Assembly (NCBI GenBank): GCA_964344975.1
Contig: CAYFPK010000004.1
Location: 1-62,948, forward strand
Length of the DNA stretch: 62,948 bases
Direction: 5' to 3'
From: Candidatus Woesearchaeota archaeon
GTDB lineage: Archaea > Nanobdellota > Nanobdellia > SCGC-AAA011-G17 > GW2011-AR18
A program made the translations under genes and the position numbers. The notes below the pieces were generated by a model. It had not been told where the DNA came from. It did no database searches and saw nothing but the letters and a program-made list of their open reading frames with translations. Shown piece after piece: positions 19,199 to 26,814 of this stretch (position 1 is its first letter; each line of letters begins with the position of its first letter).

Positions 19199-19977
19199 AA
19201 TTAATAAGAGAAGGACTATTAGAATTAAACAAAACATTGCTAGCAGTAAATCTTTCTTATGCAATCGTTGACGGACTCATTTTTTTAATGGTCTCACTAC
19301 TTTTTTTAGCATCAATTAACTTATGGTGGGGCTTCGCACTCATCCCTGCTGCAGTATACTTCATTGTACACACCAATTACATTCTCACACACAGAACATA
19401 CAAGTTTGTCGAATCAAAGGTACCTGTACTCAAAGAAGCATTAAGAACAGCAGCAGATAATCAAAAAAAAGAAACCTACATGGCAAAGTTATTACAAGAC
19501 GACGTCATTAGAAACTTAGCAAAGATAAAATCATCCTACTTCTTAGACTTAAAAATGCTAGGTGCAAAACTCGCATCACTTTGCGTTGTTGCCATACTCG
19601 TCATCATGGTAAGCGCATTTAACGTACAATTCGGCGGTGTCAATGTAATCATAAAAGATGTACTGACAACATCCCTGTCTGAACAAAGCCAAAACACAGG
19701 CACAGAAGTAAGTTTAATTTCCATGGAAGGTACCAACCCAGACATTTTCGGCGAGAAGCGTATCGCAACACTGTCAAGTAAACAACTAGAGTTACAAATT
19801 AATCCCATAGCATCAGAGTTAGACATAAATATTATCACCGAAGTCATCGATAAAGACTTTTATACGCCAGAAATTCCAAAAGAAATATATACAAGTGCAG
19901 ACAAAACCTACACAGATAACATCCCACAACAAAATCAAGAGGTCGTAAAAAACTATTTTAAATCAATCACAGGATAA
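19195..19977 (+). CDS. membrane protein, first half multi-TM, upstream partner of MoxR/DUF58
   Basis: Start set at the ATG forming an ATGA overlap with the previous stop. Several TM helices. Followed 4 nt later by the MoxR ATPase gene. Confidence 0.6.
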   Translation: MKLIREGLLELNKTLLAVNLSYAIVDGLIFLMVSLLFLASINLWWGFALIPAAVYFIVHTNYILTHRTYKFVESKVPVLKEALRTAADNQKKETYMAKLLQDDVIRNLAKIKSSYFLDLKMLGAKLASLCVVAILVIMVSAFNVQFGGVNVIIKDVLTTSLSEQSQNTGTEVSLISMEGTNPDIFGEKRIATLSSKQLELQINPIASELDINIITEVIDKDFYTPEIPKEIYTSADKTYTDNIPQQNQEVVKNYFKSITG

Positions 19978-19980
19978 ACC

Positions 19981-20913
19981 ATGGCAAGTTTAGAAGGCGC
20001 ACAAAGAAAAACTGACGAAGTGTTCAAAGAGTTAGGTAAAGTCATTGTGGGACAAAAAGGTCCACTAAAAGAAATATTAATAGCATTGATGTGTAATTCC
20101 CACGCACTGTTAGAAAGTTATCCTGGTTTAGCAAAAACCTTAGCAATTAGAAGCATGGCAGAAATAATGGATTTAACCTTTTCAAGAATCCAGGGTACGC
20201 CGGATTTATTGCCAGCAGACATTACAGGAACTTATGTTATTGATGAATCTAGAGGAAAAAAACAATTCCAGTTTCAAGAAGGGCCAATCTTTGCAAATGT
20301 AGTGTTAATGGACGAGGTCAACAGAGCAACACCAAAAACCCAAGCAGCACTCTTAGAAGCGATGCAAGAAAAACAAGTTACTGTAGGTAATGCGACATAT
20401 TTACTAGATCCACCATTCTTTGTACTAGCAACACAAAACCCCATCGAGCAAGAAGGGACGTACCCACTACCTGAAGCACAAACAGACAGATTCTTATTTA
20501 AAATTAGGTTAGACTACCCATCTTTTGAAGAAGAGTTAGCGATTGTGGACCAATACGCAGACAAAATGAAGATTCCACAGTTACGTAGGGTACTAACTAA
20601 GGATTCGCTAAAAAACATGCAAAACTTAACCTTGCAAATGCCTATTGCAAATGATATCAAAAAATATGCAGTACAGATTGTGACAAAAACACGTACAAAA
20701 AAAGATTTAATCGAATACGGTGCATCACCGAGAGCATCTATTGGCTTAATTTTAGCAGCAAAAGCGCACGCACTGTTAGCTGGACGAAAATACGTGTCTA
20801 AAAAAGACATTGCAGCCATGGCATATCCGGTACTGCGACATAGAATAATTCTAAACTTTGAAGCAGAGCGAAAGAACTTAACTGCAGACCAAGTTATCGA
20901 GCGTCTTCTATAA
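19981..20913 (+). CDS. MoxR-family AAA+ ATPase
   Basis: Walker A variant in LLESYPGLAKT, Walker B VVLMDEVNRA, sensor/arginine region ATQNPIEQEGTYPLPEAQTDRF, and GASPRA in the lid. Confidence 0.9.
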   Translation: MASLEGAQRKTDEVFKELGKVIVGQKGPLKEILIALMCNSHALLESYPGLAKTLAIRSMAEIMDLTFSRIQGTPDLLPADITGTYVIDESRGKKQFQFQEGPIFANVVLMDEVNRATPKTQAALLEAMQEKQVTVGNATYLLDPPFFVLATQNPIEQEGTYPLPEAQTDRFLFKIRLDYPSFEEELAIVDQYADKMKIPQLRRVLTKDSLKNMQNLTLQMPIANDIKKYAVQIVTKTRTKKDLIEYGASPRASIGLILAAKAHALLAGRKYVSKKDIAAMAYPVLRHRIILNFEAERKNLTADQVIERLL

Positions 20914-20952
20914 AACAAAAACACATATAAAACACACAAATAAGAGACTCCT

Positions 20953-21813
20953 ATGGCAATCAACATTGACTTTCTCAACCAACTCAAAAGATTCAACCTC
21001 ATAATCAACAAAAGAATCACGTCAAACTATGCAGGAGATCGTAGAGCTGCCCACACGCAAGGTCAAGGTTTGGTATTCAAAGACTATGCCAACTACACGT
21101 TTGGTGATGATTTCAGATCAATAGACTGGCGCGTCTACGGACGAACAGACGAGCTGTACATAAGACGCTATGAAGAAGAGCGAAACCTCACCGTACACGT
21201 AATCTTAGACGCATCGGGGTCCATGGGCTTCAAAAGCAGAGGCACAACCAAATTCGAATACGGGGGCATGATTGGTATCGGTTTAGCATTCTTAGCACTC
21301 AAAAACAACGAAAGATTTGTCCTCTCCACCTTCGCTGAACAATTAGAGTTTTTCAGGCCAAAAAAAGGCTCAGCGCAACTAGCAACAATAATAAATTATC
21401 TTAACGAGAAAAAGCCGCAAGGAGAAAGTAGGTTCGCAGGATCTTTGGCAAGCTACAAAAGTTTGATACATTCAAAAGCATTAGTCTTTGTCATTTCAGA
21501 CTTCCTCTATGATACACAAGAGCTCGAAGAAGCGCTGGCAAGATATAAAGATAACAAAATTGTCCTCATCCAAGTACTAGACCCCCTAGAAATTGACCTT
21601 AATATGGACGGCGATTTCAACTTGGTAGATATGGAGTCAGACGCAACCATGCAAACCTTCATATCTCCACTATTAAAAGAAAAATACGCTGAGGGTATGA
21701 ACAAACATGTAGACAAGATAAAAGAAATTGCAGCAAGAGTCAAAGCAGAATTTTATTCAGTAAACTCTAACCAAGAAGTCTTCGACGCCATGTTTAGCAT
21801 TTTAATGCATTAA
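20953..21813 (+). CDS. DUF58 (vWA-like) protein, MoxR partner
   Basis: FKDYANYTFGDDFRSIDWRVYGRTDELYIRRYEEER and VILDASGSM are DUF58/vWA MIDAS-like signatures. Canonical position after MoxR. Confidence 0.85.
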   Translation: MAINIDFLNQLKRFNLIINKRITSNYAGDRRAAHTQGQGLVFKDYANYTFGDDFRSIDWRVYGRTDELYIRRYEEERNLTVHVILDASGSMGFKSRGTTKFEYGGMIGIGLAFLALKNNERFVLSTFAEQLEFFRPKKGSAQLATIINYLNEKKPQGESRFAGSLASYKSLIHSKALVFVISDFLYDTQELEEALARYKDNKIVLIQVLDPLEIDLNMDGDFNLVDMESDATMQTFISPLLKEKYAEGMNKHVDKIKEIAARVKAEFYSVNSNQEVFDAMFSILMH

Positions 21814-22153
21814 GTTTTTCGTCAATACGATCAAGTCGAACATCAACACGGTCAAAACGCCGATCAATAGAATCAAAACGACGGTAGGTATCATGTTTAA
21901 ACTGTTGCATCTCCCCCATAAACAAAGAAAATTTAGAATTCATACGAAGAAAACAGATAAACAACCCCGAAAAACCAATATAGAGTAGCTGCAACTCAGT
22001 TGGGCTATGTCCAGTTAATTTTAACCAAAGTTGAAAAATAAAGATAAGAATTAAAAAAACAAAAGCTAAACGCAGAAACCAAGAAAAAAGATCATGAAAA
22101 CGCATTAGAAAAAACCCACCTGAGTAATGATATAAATCATAAGAAGAACCCAA
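21794..22153 (-). CDS. small membrane protein with C-terminal RFDxxD repeat helix
   Basis: Two or three TM helices. The C-terminus RRFDSIDRRFDRVDVRLDRIDEKL has a heptad-like repeat. Confidence 0.4.
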   Translation of the reverse strand: MGSSYDLYHYSGGFFLMRFHDLFSWFLRLAFVFLILIFIFQLWLKLTGHSPTELQLLYIGFSGLFICFLRMNSKFSLFMGEMQQFKHDTYRRFDSIDRRFDRVDVRLDRIDEKLNALKC

Positions 22154-22266
22154 GCAATAAAGAGAAGCACATTCTCAAGCCGAAAGTCATCAATACTCCA
22201 AAAACCCATAGCAATACCAAACACACGTACCTATAAATACTTTACCCAAAAAATTTCGCAAATCCT

Positions 22267-23748
22267 TCAAGAGATAACAACACAACGATTATCAAAAATA
22301 TCCTTTACAAATCCAAGCTTTTTGCGCCGTTTAGCATACACGGTCAACAACACATCACCGCGACGCACTTTCTGACCAAGCTTCACATGACAATCCACGC
22401 CAGCCCCAGCATCTTTGGGCGAACCTGCCAATTTAGCATATTGTACAATTTGTTGCATGTTAATCGAAGAAACTTTTCCGGATCGCCTAGCAACAACATC
22501 CCAGGTACAAGAACCGTAAGGTAACGTATACGGCGTAACATTAGGGTTACCTCCTTGCGCAGCAACTATTTGACGAAACTTGGCATAGGCAGCTCCAGAA
22601 TCAAGAGCACCAGTTACTAACTTTTTAGCATGTTTACGTCCAGTCATAGCAACTATTTTTTCCGCCATAGCAAGACTTTTAGCACGCAAATCAGCAGGAC
22701 CGTTCCCCTGCAACACAAGCAACACGTCCCGCGCTTCAAGCACAGGACCGATACCATGACCGATCGGTTGGCGCCCGTCAGAGACCATAATAGCAACTTT
22801 TATTTTCATTTTTTTACCTAAACGCACAAACAATTTTCCGAGACGATCCGCTGCTTTTCTACTTTTTATTTTAGCCTGACGTCCAACAGGAATATCTACA
22901 AGCACATGCGTAGAACCGACAGCCGCTTTTTTTGCCATGATACTCGCAAGCAAAATACCTTCAGGATCTAAAGATAAAGGTCTCTCTAATTTAATAAGCA
23001 AATCATCAGCTGAAGCAAGACCCAAAGCACCACCCCACACCATACACCCACCGGTTGCAACAACGATACGTTTTATGGTAGCAACATCATGCGCGACAGG
23101 ACAAAACACTTCAACAGTATCAGCAGTTCCCGCGGGTGAAGTAATAGAACGCGTACTCGTTTTAGGGATAGTTAGCCCTAAAGAAGCTAGAATAGCAACA
23201 ACAATAGGCGTAGTTCTGTTTCCCGCAACACCACCCACACAATGTTTGTCAACAACAATACGTTTTGTAAGATGTAGCTGTTGCGCACAACTAACAATAG
23301 CTTGCGCAAGATAAGCACTCTCATCAAGCGTCATACCGTTGGTATAACAACCAGCAATGAAATAGGAAGCCTCAACTTCAGCAAGTTCATTGGCAACCAA
23401 GTCACGAACAATGGTAAAAAGTTTTGCTTTGCTCAACGTTTTCCCATCTAACTTTTCTTTTATATATTGTAAGGAGAGTGGTTTATCTTCAAGTAACACC
23501 GAAGTCATACTTTTGTTAGCAACACCAAACTTACAAACAACTTCTAAAAAAAGACCAACTTCACCGGGACGCACAGGCGAATGTGCACCCCGCATAACAT
23601 CAACAACAACAATTTGAGAACGTCGCCCTGACTGTAAGCGTACCCGTTGCAAAGCACCGACACCTAACTGTAAAGCATCCTGTTCATGTAAAGCAACAAT
23701 CAAAGGGCCCCCCGTAGAGATATGTAAATACTTAACGCGTAACTTCAT
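22267..23748 (-). CDS. deoA: AMP phosphorylase (archaeal thymidine-phosphorylase-family DeoA)
   Basis: ~490 aa with the extra N-terminal domain (MKLRVKYLHISTGGPLIVALHEQDA) characteristic of archaeal AMPpase. Glycosyl transferase family 3 core (DKHCVGGVAGNRTT) and pyrimidine-nucleoside-phosphorylase C-terminus. Confidence 0.85.
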   Translation of the reverse strand: MKLRVKYLHISTGGPLIVALHEQDALQLGVGALQRVRLQSGRRSQIVVVDVMRGAHSPVRPGEVGLFLEVVCKFGVANKSMTSVLLEDKPLSLQYIKEKLDGKTLSKAKLFTIVRDLVANELAEVEASYFIAGCYTNGMTLDESAYLAQAIVSCAQQLHLTKRIVVDKHCVGGVAGNRTTPIVVAILASLGLTIPKTSTRSITSPAGTADTVEVFCPVAHDVATIKRIVVATGGCMVWGGALGLASADDLLIKLERPLSLDPEGILLASIMAKKAAVGSTHVLVDIPVGRQAKIKSRKAADRLGKLFVRLGKKMKIKVAIMVSDGRQPIGHGIGPVLEARDVLLVLQGNGPADLRAKSLAMAEKIVAMTGRKHAKKLVTGALDSGAAYAKFRQIVAAQGGNPNVTPYTLPYGSCTWDVVARRSGKVSSINMQQIVQYAKLAGSPKDAGAGVDCHVKLGQKVRRGDVLLTVYAKRRKKLGFVKDIFDNRCVVIS

Positions 23749-24731
23749 TTCCTAACATACTTCTTGTAAAACATCTGCCCTAACACCACTGCAGACGAAA
23801 GCACAATCGGCCCCACAATAACACCAACAAAGCCAAAGACCTGCAAACCACCTAAGATACCAAGTAAAGCAACAACAGGGTGTAACTTGGTACGGTCTCC
23901 AATAACCTTTTGACGAATAACTCCATCAATAAGACCACTGATGATAAGACCAACAATTAAAACGCCGACAGCTTGCGTAGGCATTCCTTGAAAATGATAG
24001 ATTAAAGCAAGAGGCACCCAAACAACAGCAGGACCAACAAGTGGAAGTAGTGCTAAAAAACCAATAGCTAAAGCCCAGATAAACGGCGCACGAATACCAA
24101 GTAACCAGAACGCTGCAGCAGAAAATACCAATTCAAGTAAAGCAACGGTAAAAAATCCATAGGTAACACCATACACCATATCTCCTAAATGTGAAAAAAC
24201 GGCCTTTTTATTTTCAAGAGGTAAATCTTTTTCCAAACCAGAAATAATCTTCTCCCCCTGCAAGAACAAAAAAAACAAAGTATATATCGTAATCAAAAAG
24301 TTAAGAATCATGCCAGGGACACTGACAAAAAACGAAGATGCCGCATTACCTATAGCAGCAACAACACGAGAAACACCAGCTTCAATAAAATCACTTACAG
24401 CAGAGTCCCCAACAAAAGTGGAAAGTTGTTCACTTACAGAACCTAAAGCACCAGAAGAGTACAAAGAAAGAGACTCTTGAATAATCATATTAGTAAAAAA
24501 AGCAAAGGGAAGAAGAACTAATAGGGTAACGAGAATACACATTAAAAGCGAGGCAAAAAAGGGACTACGCGTATACCGTGCAAGCTTCTTATAGATGGGA
24601 TAAAACATGTACGCTAAGATACAGGATGCTAGAAGAGCCGTGATATAAGGCCAGACTAAAAAGATAGAAAGGATAAACAAAAACAGCACAAGACCCAGCA
24701 AAAAATACTTACGAAACTCTGTGATACGCAT
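23745..24731 (-). CDS. AI-2E/PerM (UPF0118) family transporter-like membrane protein
   Basis: 8-TM topology with the conserved C-terminal region (LPLVGPAVVWVP...GDRTKLHPVVALLGILGG..FG..G...GP). Confidence 0.8.
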   Translation of the reverse strand: MRITEFRKYFLLGLVLFLFILSIFLVWPYITALLASCILAYMFYPIYKKLARYTRSPFFASLLMCILVTLLVLLPFAFFTNMIIQESLSLYSSGALGSVSEQLSTFVGDSAVSDFIEAGVSRVVAAIGNAASSFFVSVPGMILNFLITIYTLFFLFLQGEKIISGLEKDLPLENKKAVFSHLGDMVYGVTYGFFTVALLELVFSAAAFWLLGIRAPFIWALAIGFLALLPLVGPAVVWVPLALIYHFQGMPTQAVGVLIVGLIISGLIDGVIRQKVIGDRTKLHPVVALLGILGGLQVFGFVGVIVGPIVLSSAVVLGQMFYKKYVRK

Positions 24732-24752
24732 AAACAGGTTTTGTCAAAGAGT

Positions 24753-24765
24753 ATATTTAAAGCTT
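24753..24765 (-). promoter_or_regulatory. BRE/TATA promoter (AAGCTTTAAATATA on minus strand) of the AI-2E gene; duplicated at 25830-25842
   Basis: The TATA 3' edge lies ~22 nt upstream of the ATG at 24731, implying a leaderless mRNA. It is copied by the tandem duplication. Confidence 0.55.
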
Positions 24766-25737
24766 ATGGAGAATCTTTATGTAGAAGTAAAGCTCAAAAA
24801 AGAGATGACTGACGAACCTTTTGCAATAGATAACAAAACGACCAAATTCTTAGAGATGCTCAAACAACAAAGCAGCACAAATCCCGCAGCAAGAGAGTTA
24901 TGGCAACGATGCCTTGAACGCCCGTCTGTATTTAGAACTGTAAGTCTTCCAGAAGTAGAAAAAGGCGTAAACGTTGAAGAGGGCAGAAGGTACAGGTTAG
25001 AAAAAATAACAGACCTACACAAAGAAGCACAAGAGTATTACAAAAATGCACTAGGCATAGATCTAGAACTAGAAAGAAAAAGAGAAAGACATCTATTAAC
25101 AGTAGCAGCATCAAGAAGAACAATTGCAGATGAACTAAAAGCAAAAGTATTTGCAAGACAGGGACTGCCAGAGATCCACAAAGCAGCAAAAGAATTATTG
25201 TCAGAACAGCAAGTAGAAGATCTCGATCCAGAACTGCAAGCATTATTTAAAAAAAGAAAAGAACCACTAAGATTAGAAGGAAGAAGATATCTAGCCAGAT
25301 GGACAATCAGACTCCAATATAGAATGCAGGTGGTAGGTTCAGGGTGGTATACTGATTTTGATCCAAATGATTGCATAGCAGAAAGAGCAAGAGAATACAA
25401 AACATGGACAGGGGAGTGTACAATCGTTGATAAACTTAAACCTGAAGTGATAACATTTAGGTTTAGGGCAAAGGATTATGACCCAACATGCAACAAAGAT
25501 AAAGAACAATTTTTTGCAGAAACATTTGGCATCGCCGCAAGAGATTTAAGAGACGCAACGCCTTCTGCAGACAGGATTCTTGAAAGATGTTGGCAAGAGT
25601 ACACAGCACTTTTAGAAACCTACGGTGGCACGTGTGGGCCAGACATTAAACTGCCAGAAGAAGTAGATTTAAGTTATTGTAACATCCAAACAAGAACCGA
25701 CAAAGGTGGACAAGGGTTACTTTTCAAAACTGGCTAA
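24766..25737 (+). CDS. orphan hypothetical protein, copy 1 (323 aa from first ATG)
   Basis: Long ORF with no recognisable motifs. Charged N-terminal half, Cys/Trp-containing C-terminal half. The track ORF starts at the GTG at 24721. Confidence 0.6.
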   Translation: MENLYVEVKLKKEMTDEPFAIDNKTTKFLEMLKQQSSTNPAARELWQRCLERPSVFRTVSLPEVEKGVNVEEGRRYRLEKITDLHKEAQEYYKNALGIDLELERKRERHLLTVAASRRTIADELKAKVFARQGLPEIHKAAKELLSEQQVEDLDPELQALFKKRKEPLRLEGRRYLARWTIRLQYRMQVVGSGWYTDFDPNDCIAERAREYKTWTGECTIVDKLKPEVITFRFRAKDYDPTCNKDKEQFFAETFGIAARDLRDATPSADRILERCWQEYTALLETYGGTCGPDIKLPEEVDLSYCNIQTRTDKGGQGLLFKTG

Positions 25738-25842
25738 AGAAGCGTCTTCAATAAGTAACGTAGCACAAGACCCAGCAAAAAATACTTACGAAACTCTGTG
25801 ATACGCATAAACAGGTTTTGTCAAAGAGTATATTTAAAGCTT

Positions 25843-26814
25843 ATGGAGAATCTTTATGTAGAAGTAAAGCTCAAAAAAGAGATGACTGACGAACCTTTTG
25901 CAATAGATAACAAAACGACCAAATTCTTAGAGATGCTCAAACAACAAAGCAGCACAAATCCCGCAGCAAGAGAGTTATGGCAACGATGCCTTGAACGCCC
26001 GTCTGTATTTAGAACTGTAAGTCTTCCAGAAGTAGAAAAAGGCGTAAACGTTGAAGAGGGCAGAAGGTACAGGTTAGAAAAAATAACAGACCTACACAAA
26101 GAAGCACAAGAGTATTACAAAAATGCACTAGGCATAGATCTAGAACTAGAAAGAAAAAGAGAAAGACATCTATTAACAGTAGCAGCATCAAGAAGAACAA
26201 TTGCAGATGAACTAAAAGCAAAAGTATTTGCAAGACAGGGACTGCCAGAGATCCACAAAGCAGCAAAAGAATTATTGTCAGAACAGCAAGTAGAAGATCT
26301 CGATCCAGAACTGCAAGCATTATTTAAAAAAAGAAAAGAACCACTAAGATTAGAAGGAAGAAGATATCTAGCCAGATGGACAATCAGACTCCAATATAGA
26401 ATGCAGGTGGTAGGTTCAGGGTGGTATACTGATTTTGATCCAAATGATTGCATAGCAGAAAGAGCAAGAGAATACAAAACATGGACAGGGGAGTGTACAA
26501 TCGTTGATAAACTTAAACCTGAAGTGATAACATTTAGGTTTAGGGCAAAGGATTATGACCCAACATGCAACAAAGATAAAGAACAATTTTTTGCAGAAAC
26601 ATTTGGCATCGCCGCAAGAGATTTAAGAGACGCAACGCCTTCTGCAGACAGGATTCTTGAAAGATGTTGGCAAGAGTACACAGCACTTTTAGAAACCTAC
26701 GGTGGCACGTGTGGGCCAGACATTAAACTGCCAGAAGAAGTAGATTTAAGTTATTGTAACATCCAAACAAGAACCGACAAAGGTGGACAAGGGTTACTTT
26801 TCAAAACTGGCTAA
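25843..26814 (+). CDS. orphan hypothetical protein, copy 2 (identical to copy 1)
   Basis: Its translation is identical to that of 24766..25737. Confidence 0.6.
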   Translation: MENLYVEVKLKKEMTDEPFAIDNKTTKFLEMLKQQSSTNPAARELWQRCLERPSVFRTVSLPEVEKGVNVEEGRRYRLEKITDLHKEAQEYYKNALGIDLELERKRERHLLTVAASRRTIADELKAKVFARQGLPEIHKAAKELLSEQQVEDLDPELQALFKKRKEPLRLEGRRYLARWTIRLQYRMQVVGSGWYTDFDPNDCIAERAREYKTWTGECTIVDKLKPEVITFRFRAKDYDPTCNKDKEQFFAETFGIAARDLRDATPSADRILERCWQEYTALLETYGGTCGPDIKLPEEVDLSYCNIQTRTDKGGQGLLFKTG

